From Candidatus Latescibacterota bacterium (GTDB lineage: Bacteria; Latescibacterota; UBA2968), in NCBI GenBank assembly GCA_038279365.1, contig JAYODI010000030.1:17559-32063 (forward strand): a DNA stretch of 14,505 bases, written 5' to 3'. The stretch's first letter is position 1, and each line of letters opens with the position of its first letter. The translations under genes were made by a program, and so were the position numbers. The notes under the pieces are model-generated. The model was not told the origin of the DNA. It made no database searches and worked only from the letters and a program-made list of their open reading frames with translations. Positions 1-7,584 of the stretch are shown here, one piece after another.

Positions 1-1719
1 CCACCTGGTGCCTCACACTGGTTGGGTACCGACGATGGTGGACAAGATGTGTTCACCCTCTTTTTACATGGCGCGCGCATCTCCCTTATCATTGGCTGTT
101 TTGCCACCCTCATTTCCGTGATCGCTGGCGGGTGCGTCGGTCTGCTCTCGGGTTATTGGGGTGGGCGCATAGAAAACGTACTGATGCGCATCACCGATAT
201 CTTTCTCGTCATTCCCGACCTGCCCCTCATCATCGCCTTGGTCGCCATCATTGGCCCAAGCATTTTCAATATGATTTTTGCCATTGGTCTGGTCGGATGG
301 ACAGGTACTGCACGTTTGGTGCGTGCCCAAACCTTGGCCGTGAAACACCGCAAATTCATCACCCGAGCACGTGCCATAGGGGCAAGCCACACACGCATTA
401 TCTTTCGTCACATTCTCCCACAGGTTGTGCCTCTGTTATGTGCCAACACCATTCTTGTGCTCTCACTTGCCATTCTCAACGAAAGCACACTCAGCTTTCT
501 CGGTTTGGGAGACGCCGCATCCATCAGTTGGGGCCAAATGCTTCATCTTGCCTTCACGCGAGGGGCCATGAGTGCCAGTGCATGGTGGGCCTTGGTCGTG
601 CCCGGTTTTGGCATTGCATGGGTCGTGCTCGGGTGCGCCCTTTTGGGTCACGGTCTCGAAGACCTCTTTAACCCACGTGCGCGTTATCATTATCTCACAC
701 CCGGGCCAGCGCCCACACCCACACCCACCCATCCCCCCACCGATCCCAACACGATACTTGCCGTACACAACTTAAGCATCGACTACATCCTTCCCAACGG
801 CCAACCTGTTCGCGCCATAGACAACGTGAGCTTTGAACTCAAGCGCGGTGAAATTTTGGGCATTGTTGGCGAAAGCGGATGTGGCAAATCCACACTGCTT
901 TTAAGCCTGTTGCGCCTCTTACCCGCACGTGCACAAATCTCCCACGGAGCCATTCATCTTGCTCAGCGCGAACTCCTTTCTCTGAGTGAAGCCGATATGA
1001 ACGATGTGCGTTGGAAAGCCCTATCCATCGTTTTTCAAGGCGCCATGAATGCCCTCAACCCCGTACACACAGTAGGCGATCAAATTGCCGAAGCCATCAG
1101 TCGAAACAATTCCGATCTTTCAAAACAAGCCCTCGATCAACGCGTGTGTGACATTCTTCAACAGGTGGGCATTCCCACAGATCGACGCACCCATTATCCC
1201 CACCAATACTCAGGTGGCATGCGCCAACGCGCCATGATCGCCATGGCCCTTGCCTGCAACCCCACCATCATTTGTGCCGACGAACCCACCACCGCACTCG
1301 ATGGCATCAACCAAGCCCAAGTGCTCGACCTTTTAAACGACTTGCGCAATTCACTTGGGTTATCCATTATCATGGTCACCCACGACTTGGGTGTGGTTGC
1401 GCGTATTTGTGATCGCGTGCTTGTCCTTTATGGCGGCACCACCGCCGAATATGGTACCGTTGACAACATTTTTCACAATCCCACACATCCTTACACACGC
1501 GCACTCATTGAGGCCACACCCGACCTCACCCATCCAGACCGCGCACTCACAACCATTCCGGGCACACCACCTCAACTCGATGATTTACCACCCGGCTGTC
1601 GATTTGCACCCCGATGCCCCCATGTAATTCCCATATGCCACACAGATCGCCCAACAGTGCACACACAAGATGGCCAGCATCAAGCCAGTTGCCATCTGGT
1701 TAATACAGACCAAACCTAA
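1..1719 (+). CDS. Fused oligopeptide/dipeptide-family ABC transporter permease (DppC/OppC-like) + ATP-binding subunit (DppD/OppD-like); 5'-partial
   Basis: Frame is open from base 1 (PPGASHWLGTDDGGQD matches the 'HWLGTD..GRD' motif of OppC/DppC), so the true start is upstream. It has TM helices and an EAA-like loop (FITRARAIGASHTRIIFRHILP), then a Pro/Thr linker. The ATPase part has Walker A GESGCGKS, signature YSGGMRQR, Walker B ICADEPTT, H-loop VTHD and the C-terminal HPYT...GCRFAPRC...C...C domain. Confidence 0.93.
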   Translation, partial: PPGASHWLGTDDGGQDVFTLFLHGARISLIIGCFATLISVIAGGCVGLLSGYWGGRIENVLMRITDIFLVIPDLPLIIALVAIIGPSIFNMIFAIGLVGWTGTARLVRAQTLAVKHRKFITRARAIGASHTRIIFRHILPQVVPLLCANTILVLSLAILNESTLSFLGLGDAASISWGQMLHLAFTRGAMSASAWWALVVPGFGIAWVVLGCALLGHGLEDLFNPRARYHYLTPGPAPTPTPTHPPTDPNTILAVHNLSIDYILPNGQPVRAIDNVSFELKRGEILGIVGESGCGKSTLLLSLLRLLPARAQISHGAIHLAQRELLSLSEADMNDVRWKALSIVFQGAMNALNPVHTVGDQIAEAISRNNSDLSKQALDQRVCDILQQVGIPTDRRTHYPHQYSGGMRQRAMIAMALACNPTIICADEPTTALDGINQAQVLDLLNDLRNSLGLSIIMVTHDLGVVARICDRVLVLYGGTTAEYGTVDNIFHNPTHPYTRALIEATPDLTHPDRALTTIPGTPPQLDDLPPGCRFAPRCPHVIPICHTDRPTVHTQDGQHQASCHLVNTDQT

Positions 1720-1742
1720 AACCGTCGTCTACAGGAACCGTC

Positions 1743-2735
1743 ATGTCCCTGCTCACCGTCCAAGATCTGCACGTCACATTTCCTGGCAAATCCACAGGAC
1801 TTTTTCGCAAACAATCCGCCACAGTCAAAGCGGTCGATGGGCTCACATTTGACATCCAATTGGGCGAAATTTTTGCCATAGTTGGCGAAAGCGGATGTGG
1901 CAAATCCACACTGGCCAATACCCTTGCAGGCCTCGAAACACCCCGCATGGGATCTCTCACCTTCGATGGCATACCCATTACGCCACAAAACAAAACCCTC
2001 CGACGCCGCATCCAAATGGTCTTTCAAGACCCCTATGAATCATTGCCACCTTCCATGACCATTCAGCAAATTGTGGCCGAACCTCTTATCGTACACAACC
2101 TCACCTCCAACCCAACCGAACGCGATGCCCGCGTGCGTCGTGCCCTCGAAGATGCAGGCCTCAACCCACCCGAATCCGTCCTTCATCGCCGCCCACACGA
2201 ACTCTCTGGTGGACAAAGGCAACGCGTGGTCATTGCCAGTGCGCTGGTGCTCGAACCCGAACTTTTACTTGCCGATGAACCCGTTTCCATGCTCGATGTC
2301 AGCATCCGTGCAGGCATACTCAACCTCTTCGACAACTTGCGAAAAACACGCAACCTCTCCATCCTACTCATCACCCACGACCTGAGCACCGCCGCACATT
2401 TGGCCGACCGCATTGCCGTCATGTACTTGGGCCGTTTTGTCGAAATGGGGCCTACACACGCCGTCCTCAATCATCCCACCCATCCCTACACAAAAGCCCT
2501 TTGCTCCGTCGTACCCATTCCCGATCCACGTCGCCGTCACAACTGGGCCGTTCTTCAAGGAGACATGCCCAACGCCGCACACCTACCCACCGGATGTCGT
2601 TTTCACCCCCGATGCCCCATTGCCAAACCCCAATGCAAAACCACCGATCCCGACTTGATCACCATATCAAATCAACACACAACAGCCTGCCTCTTAGCAT
2701 CACCCAACCCAATCACAAACCTCAAAAACACATAA
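1743..2735 (+). CDS. Oligopeptide/dipeptide-family ABC transporter ATP-binding subunit (DppF/OppF-like)
   Basis: Walker A GESGCGKS, Q-loop VFQDP, signature LSGGQRQR, Walker B LLADEPVS, ITHD, HPYT and GCRFHPRC..C..C. AGGAA RBS about 7 nt upstream. Confidence 0.93.
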   Translation: MSLLTVQDLHVTFPGKSTGLFRKQSATVKAVDGLTFDIQLGEIFAIVGESGCGKSTLANTLAGLETPRMGSLTFDGIPITPQNKTLRRRIQMVFQDPYESLPPSMTIQQIVAEPLIVHNLTSNPTERDARVRRALEDAGLNPPESVLHRRPHELSGGQRQRVVIASALVLEPELLLADEPVSMLDVSIRAGILNLFDNLRKTRNLSILLITHDLSTAAHLADRIAVMYLGRFVEMGPTHAVLNHPTHPYTKALCSVVPIPDPRRRHNWAVLQGDMPNAAHLPTGCRFHPRCPIAKPQCKTTDPDLITISNQHTTACLLASPNPITNLKNT

Positions 2736-2754
2736 TATCCACTCTCCGAATCCA

Positions 2755-2783
2755 TTGATCATCAAACCCAAATCTATTACTTT
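2755..2783 (+). promoter_or_regulatory. Putative sigma70 promoter for the metallophosphoesterase
   Basis: TTGATC (2755-2760), 17-nt spacer, TACTTT (2778-2783) in the intergenic region. Confidence 0.35.
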
Positions 2784-2811
2784 GTCAAAACAAACAGATA
2801 TCCGCCAACTA

Positions 2812-2860
2812 CTGATTCCTGATTCCTTACAGCTGACCACTGAATGCTGACCGCTCATTT
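2812..2860 (+). repeat. Degenerate heptamer tandem array (CTGAnnn x7)
   Basis: CTGATTC CTGATTC CTTACAG CTGACCA CTGAATG CTGACCG CTCATTT: exact 7-nt phasing of CT.A. Confidence 0.6.
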
Positions 2861-2875
2861 AAAAAAGGATCACAC

Positions 2876-3796
2876 ATGCCAAACCAACACCCATTCCAAT
2901 GGCACATCACACGCCGTGATGTTTTAAAAATAACGGGGCTCACCATGGCAGGGCTATCTTTAGGCATTCCACTTTCAGCAAATGAAAAACCCATCAAACC
3001 CAAAATTCGTTTTGGCATGGTCACAGACCCACACTATGCCGACGCCGACACAAAAGGCACACGCCATTACAGAGAGTCTTTGTCCAAATTAACCGAGTGT
3101 GTCACCTTCATGAACGAACAAAAAGTAGACTTCTTAATTGAATTGGGTGACCTCAAAGATCAAGACCCGTCTGCCAACGAACAAAACACATTGAAATATC
3201 TCCAAACCATTGAAGCCGTTTTTAAAAAATTCAAAGGCCCACGTTATCATGTCTTAGGCAACCACGACATGGACAGCATATCCAAACAACAATTTTTATC
3301 ACACGCCAAAAACACAGGCATCACCCCAAATGCCAGTTATTATTCCTTCGATCAAAAAGGTCTACACTTTGTCGTACTCGATGCCAACTATATTTCCGAT
3401 GGGTCAGATTATGACCACGGCAACTTCAGTTGGACAGATGCCAACATTCCCAACACACAAATCGAATGGCTTAAAAAAGACCTGGCATCTACCACCAAAC
3501 CCACCATCGTTTTTGTTCACCAGCCCTTAGATGGCAACACCAAACACTGCGTCAAAAACGCAGAACAAGTACGACACATTTTAGAGTACAACAAAAACGT
3601 GCTCGCCGCTTTTCACGGGCACAATCATGTAGGAAATTATAGCCTCATTGAAGGCATTCACTATTACACACTCAAAGCCGTCATTGAAGGATCGGGCGAA
3701 GAAAACAATGCCTATGCCATTGTTGAAATCTATGACGACCGTGTTGTGGTCACTGGATATCGTAAAGCCGTCAGTACAACTATGGCACGAACGTAA
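2876..3796 (+). CDS. Tat-exported calcineurin-like metallophosphoesterase
   Basis: Twin-arginine signal TRRDVLK followed by a hydrophobic stretch and LSA cleavage site. All five metallophosphoesterase motifs are present: TDPH, LGD, GNHD, VHQP, HGHNH. AAGGA RBS. Confidence 0.9.
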   Translation: MPNQHPFQWHITRRDVLKITGLTMAGLSLGIPLSANEKPIKPKIRFGMVTDPHYADADTKGTRHYRESLSKLTECVTFMNEQKVDFLIELGDLKDQDPSANEQNTLKYLQTIEAVFKKFKGPRYHVLGNHDMDSISKQQFLSHAKNTGITPNASYYSFDQKGLHFVVLDANYISDGSDYDHGNFSWTDANIPNTQIEWLKKDLASTTKPTIVFVHQPLDGNTKHCVKNAEQVRHILEYNKNVLAAFHGHNHVGNYSLIEGIHYYTLKAVIEGSGEENNAYAIVEIYDDRVVVTGYRKAVSTTMART

Positions 3797-4027
3797 ACAG
3801 AAAACACAAACGAATCCATCGCCTTTTTTGAAAAAACTTGGAAACAATTTGTGCCCGAAGATCAACCTTTTGAACACTTCCTATGGGATCAGCAAATAGA
3901 AGACATGTATGCCCAAGAACAGCGCGTTTAGGCACTCACCCAATTCTCATCGGACATCGCCATCTTACTCGCATGTATGGGGCTTTTTGGCTTGGCCTCA
4001 TTTGCCGCAGAAGAACGGCGCAGTGAA
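3797..4027 (+). pseudogene. Remnant of a MacB/FtsX-family ABC transporter permease (internal fragment with in-frame stop)
   Basis: Manual translation: TENTNESIAFFEKTWKQFVPEDQPFEHFLWDQQIEDMYAQEQRV*ALTQFSSDIAILLACMGLFGLASFAAEERRSE. This matches the 'PFEY.FLD......Y..EQR.......LAI.IACLGLFGLA.F.AE.R.KEIGIRK' segment of these permeases. No start codon, TAG at 3929-3931, and similarity ends just before the expected IGIRK. Confidence 0.85.
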
Positions 4028-4137
4028 ACTGCCAAATGTGAAATGGCAAACACAAAACCTTTCAAATCAGTACAACAAAGACCCAATATATCACACAGTT
4101 GATTCGTCTGCCATTTGCCTTCTCCAAAGGAATACCC

Positions 4138-5235
4138 ATGCTCGAAATAATATGGCTCCTCTTATTACTCCCATTCACACTTCTCCACGCCCAAGAGAAA
4201 ACCCCAAAAAACACATCCTACTCAGCCATTGTTGACACCCATCACAGCGGCCAAGACGGCGCAGTCATAAACGATACACCAACCTACAAAACCATTGGTG
4301 CCGCCCTTGTGGCCGCACCCGATAACAATACATCTCCACACACCATCTTCATTCGTGCCGGACGCTATTACGAAAAACTCTCCATTGACAAACCCAACAT
4401 TCATCTCATCGGCGAAAATCGAGAGACAACCACAATCACCTACGATGCCGCCGCAGGAACACACGATCCACAGGGCAAACCCTATGGCACACGCGGCAGT
4501 TTCACCCTGCGTATTTCTGCGCCCGACTTTCGGGCCGAAAACCTCACCATCGAAAACAGCTTCGACTACCATGCCAATCGCGCCAAAGCAGATGACGACC
4601 CCACCAAATTACGCGATTCACAAGCTGTTGCATTGCTCACTGACCAAAACAGTGACCGTGCAACCTTCATTAATTGCACACTCACCAGCCATCAAGACAC
4701 GCTCTTTGCAAATATCGGTCGCCATTATTTTTATAAATCCATCATCGCTGGCAGTGTTGACTTTATCTTTGGTGCTGGCCAAGTGGTCTTTGACGACTGC
4801 GACATTATTTCTCGCGACCGCTATGCCACCAACAACGGCTATATCGTTGCCCCCAGCACCCTCTTGGCACAACCCTTTGGTTTTCTCTTTACGCATTGTC
4901 GCCTCAAAAAAGAAACACCCGAAATGAATGCAGGCTCCGTTTCCCTTGGCCGACCTTGGCATCCATCGGGCAACCCTCAAGCGGTGGGTAGTAGCATCTT
5001 TATGCACTGTGAGATAGATGACCACATCAGCGAACAAGGCTGGGTCGCAATGGGGGGTGGCAAAGATAAAAATGGCAACCGCATCATGTTCCAACCCGAA
5101 GATGCACGCTTCTTTGAATACAACAACACAGGCCCCGGTGCCATCACCAGCCCATCACGCCGAACCCTAACCGATACCCAAGCCCAAGCTTACACCATCC
5201 ACAGTGTGCTCAACGGGTGGCAACCTCATAAATAA
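4138..5235 (+). CDS. pemA: Secreted pectin methylesterase (pectinesterase, CE8), PemA-like
   Basis: CE8 motifs GRYYE, QAVAL, QDTL, VDFIFG, LGRPW. Sec signal MLEIIWLLLLLPFTLLHA|Q. ATG at 4138 has an AAGGA RBS and is preferred over the track's TTG at 4099. Confidence 0.92.
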   Translation: MLEIIWLLLLLPFTLLHAQEKTPKNTSYSAIVDTHHSGQDGAVINDTPTYKTIGAALVAAPDNNTSPHTIFIRAGRYYEKLSIDKPNIHLIGENRETTTITYDAAAGTHDPQGKPYGTRGSFTLRISAPDFRAENLTIENSFDYHANRAKADDDPTKLRDSQAVALLTDQNSDRATFINCTLTSHQDTLFANIGRHYFYKSIIAGSVDFIFGAGQVVFDDCDIISRDRYATNNGYIVAPSTLLAQPFGFLFTHCRLKKETPEMNAGSVSLGRPWHPSGNPQAVGSSIFMHCEIDDHISEQGWVAMGGGKDKNGNRIMFQPEDARFFEYNNTGPGAITSPSRRTLTDTQAQAYTIHSVLNGWQPHK

Positions 5236-5278
5236 TCACCATCCACACGTTCAAAAAGCATTATCCAAATTATAAATC

Positions 5279-5312
5279 AAAAGGCGATACCTGTGCGATA
5301 TCGCCTTTTTTT
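5279..5312 (+). terminator. Rho-independent terminator after pectinesterase
   Basis: AAAAGGCGATA - 9-nt loop - TATCGCCTTTT perfect stem running into a T7 tract (5306-5312). Confidence 0.85.
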
Positions 5313-5316
5313 ATTG

Positions 5317-5345
5317 CTGACACACCCACAAACACAACCTATTAT
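5317..5345 (+). promoter_or_regulatory. Putative sigma70 promoter for the hydrolase operon
   Basis: CTGACA (5317-5322), 17-nt spacer, TATTAT (5340-5345), immediately after the terminator and about 46 nt before the ATG at 5392. Confidence 0.4.
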
Positions 5346-5391
5346 AGTCACAAATAACCTCCTATTATGTCTCTATCCGAAAGATCGCAAT

Positions 5392-7575
5392 ATGCCACGA
5401 AAAACCTTGCCCAATACAACACGCCTCACCCAAGAAGGCGACTTTGCCGCCAAAATGGTCGCAGGTATCAACCAATACCTCACACGTGAAACCGAAACAG
5501 CAAAACAAAACCGAACCATCCACACATCCTCACCCGAAACCTTGCGACAACAACTCTCCCAAATGCTCGGCCTCATCGACCAGCGAGAAAGCGAAAACAT
5601 TCAGATCATCGCACCCATCACTGGCCCACCCGAAGTCGCTGCTGGCCCAAGCTACAACATTTTTGAAGTGCGGTGGCCCACACTCAAAGGCGTAGACGGC
5701 GAAGGTCTTCTCTTAGAACCCAACACACCACCCATTGCCAACATCATCGCCTTGCCCGATTGCGACATCACACCTGAACAATTTACTGGCCTCAATGCCG
5801 ATCTCCCTGAGTCTGCACAAACGGCCCGCCACTTGGTCGAAAGCGGTTGTCGCGTCCTCATCCCACTCCTTATAGACCGCAACTGCACCCACTCGGGTCA
5901 CCCCAACATCGCCATGACCAATCAGCCCCACCGCGAATTTATTTATCGCGCTGCATATGAACTGGGCAGACACATCATCGGCTACGAAATTCAAAAAATC
6001 CGTTCCGCCATCGACACCTTCTCCAAAGACACCATCCCCCTCGGTCTATTTGGTCACGGAGAAGGCGGCTTGCTCGCCTTTTATGCCGCCGCCATCGACA
6101 CCCGCATTCAAGCCACCGTTGTATCGGGCTACTTTCAACCCCGCGAAAACCTCTTTGGCGAACCCATCTACCGCAACGTCTTCGGCTTGCTCAAAGAATT
6201 TGGCGATGCTGAAATCGCCGCCCTCATCGCACCACGCAAGCTCATCATCGAAACCGCCAACCATCCAGAAGTTAAAGGCCCACCCACATCTGCTAATGTT
6301 AAAATCACCGCTGCACCAGGCACCCTCACCACACCATCGTTTAAAGCTGTCGAAAACGAATTCCATCGTGCGTGTGACCTCATAGAAAATCCAACCGAAT
6401 CACTCACACTCATCCAAAGTTCAAATGGCCACCCCGGCTCAACACAAACCCTAAATACATTTCTCACCAAGCTCGGTATACCCACACACCAAAACACACC
6501 CACAGCATCACCCACTTTTGTCCGTGAAGGCACCGACCCCAACACCCGCTTCAAACGCCAATTTGACCAACTCGTCAACCACACACAAGATGCGCTACGC
6601 GAAGCCGAATTTCGCCGCGCCGAATATTGGGCCGATGCCAAAGACCCAGACCTCACCATCTACACCAAACAATTAGAAACGTATCGCGACCGCCTTTGGG
6701 ATGTCATTGGCCCCTTACCCGATATAAAACTGCCACCCAACGCACGCACCCGTCTCCTTTATGACGAACCCAAACTCACCGCTTATGAAGTGGTGCTCGA
6801 CGTTTACGACGATGTCTTTGCCTACGGCATCTTGATCATCCCCAAACGCATTCGCAAAGGTCAAAAACGCCCCGTTGTTGTTTGCCAACACGGCTTAGAA
6901 GGCCGATCTCAATCCATCGTCAATCCCAATGGCCCACGCCACCCCTATCGCAACTACGCCTACGACTTGGCCAAAGAAGGTTTTGTCACTTACGCCCCCC
7001 AAAACCCATACATCGGCGAAGACGACTTTCGCGTTCTACAACGCAAAGCCAATCCATTAAAACTTTCACTCTTCTCCTTCATTGTGCGCCAACATGAGCA
7101 AACCCTCAAATGGCTCTCATCCTTACCCTTCGTCGATTCAGAGCGCATCGGCTTTTATGGCATCAGCTACGGTGGCAAAACCGCCATGCGCGTCCCTGCC
7201 CTTTTAGATGGTTACTGCCTCTCCATCTGCTCCGCAGACTATAACGAATGGATCTGGAAAAACGCATCCACCCACCACAAACACAGCTACATCTTTTCAA
7301 AAGAATATGAAATCTTCGAATTCAACTTGGGCAACACCTTTAACTATGCCGAAATGAGCTGGCTCATTTGCCCCCGCCCCTTTATGGTCGAGCGAGGTCA
7401 CCACGACGGTGTGGCCCCCGACGAATGGGTCGCCTACGAATATGCCAAAACCTATCGCCACTATGCCCTCCTCGGCCTATCCGACAAAACAGAAATCGAA
7501 TATTTCAACGGCCCACACACCATCAATGGGCAAGGCACTTTTGAATTTTTGCGCAAACACCTCAACAAACAATAG
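5392..7575 (+). CDS. Tandem two-domain alpha/beta-hydrolase (dienelactone hydrolase / acetylxylan esterase-like)
   Basis: The C-terminal domain has VVVCQHGLEG, nucleophile elbow RIGFYGISYGG, acid HDGVAP and His FNGPH. The N-terminal domain has an equivalent elbow GLFGHGEGG...AAAIDTRI and ALIAPRKL. The track's GTG start at 5293 lies inside the terminator, so ATG 5392 is preferred. Confidence 0.8.
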   Translation: MPRKTLPNTTRLTQEGDFAAKMVAGINQYLTRETETAKQNRTIHTSSPETLRQQLSQMLGLIDQRESENIQIIAPITGPPEVAAGPSYNIFEVRWPTLKGVDGEGLLLEPNTPPIANIIALPDCDITPEQFTGLNADLPESAQTARHLVESGCRVLIPLLIDRNCTHSGHPNIAMTNQPHREFIYRAAYELGRHIIGYEIQKIRSAIDTFSKDTIPLGLFGHGEGGLLAFYAAAIDTRIQATVVSGYFQPRENLFGEPIYRNVFGLLKEFGDAEIAALIAPRKLIIETANHPEVKGPPTSANVKITAAPGTLTTPSFKAVENEFHRACDLIENPTESLTLIQSSNGHPGSTQTLNTFLTKLGIPTHQNTPTASPTFVREGTDPNTRFKRQFDQLVNHTQDALREAEFRRAEYWADAKDPDLTIYTKQLETYRDRLWDVIGPLPDIKLPPNARTRLLYDEPKLTAYEVVLDVYDDVFAYGILIIPKRIRKGQKRPVVVCQHGLEGRSQSIVNPNGPRHPYRNYAYDLAKEGFVTYAPQNPYIGEDDFRVLQRKANPLKLSLFSFIVRQHEQTLKWLSSLPFVDSERIGFYGISYGGKTAMRVPALLDGYCLSICSADYNEWIWKNASTHHKHSYIFSKEYEIFEFNLGNTFNYAEMSWLICPRPFMVERGHHDGVAPDEWVAYEYAKTYRHYALLGLSDKTEIEYFNGPHTINGQGTFEFLRKHLNKQ

Positions 7576-7584
7576 GACACCCAC

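Noticed and set aside
700..747. CCCACA-type repeats as a phase-variable contingency locus
   Set aside because: Short, imperfect, 6-nt in-frame units that simply encode the Pro/Thr linker.
3929..3931. In-frame TAG in the permease fragment as evidence of stop-codon recoding
   Set aside because: TAG appears to terminate the hydrolase normally at 7573-7575, no intact gene has an internal stop, and the fragment is truncated at both ends anyway.
5336..5371. Short direct repeat CCTATTAT(A)GTC upstream of the hydrolase
   Set aside because: Two imperfect AT-rich copies overlapping the candidate -10 element, not distinguishable from chance by eye.
5293..5391. Extended N-termini given by the ORF track (also 4099-4137, 8619-8717, 10279-10368)
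   Set aside because: They overlap a terminator, operators or upstream genes, or lack an RBS. Downstream ATGs (5392, 4138, 8718, 10369) fit better.
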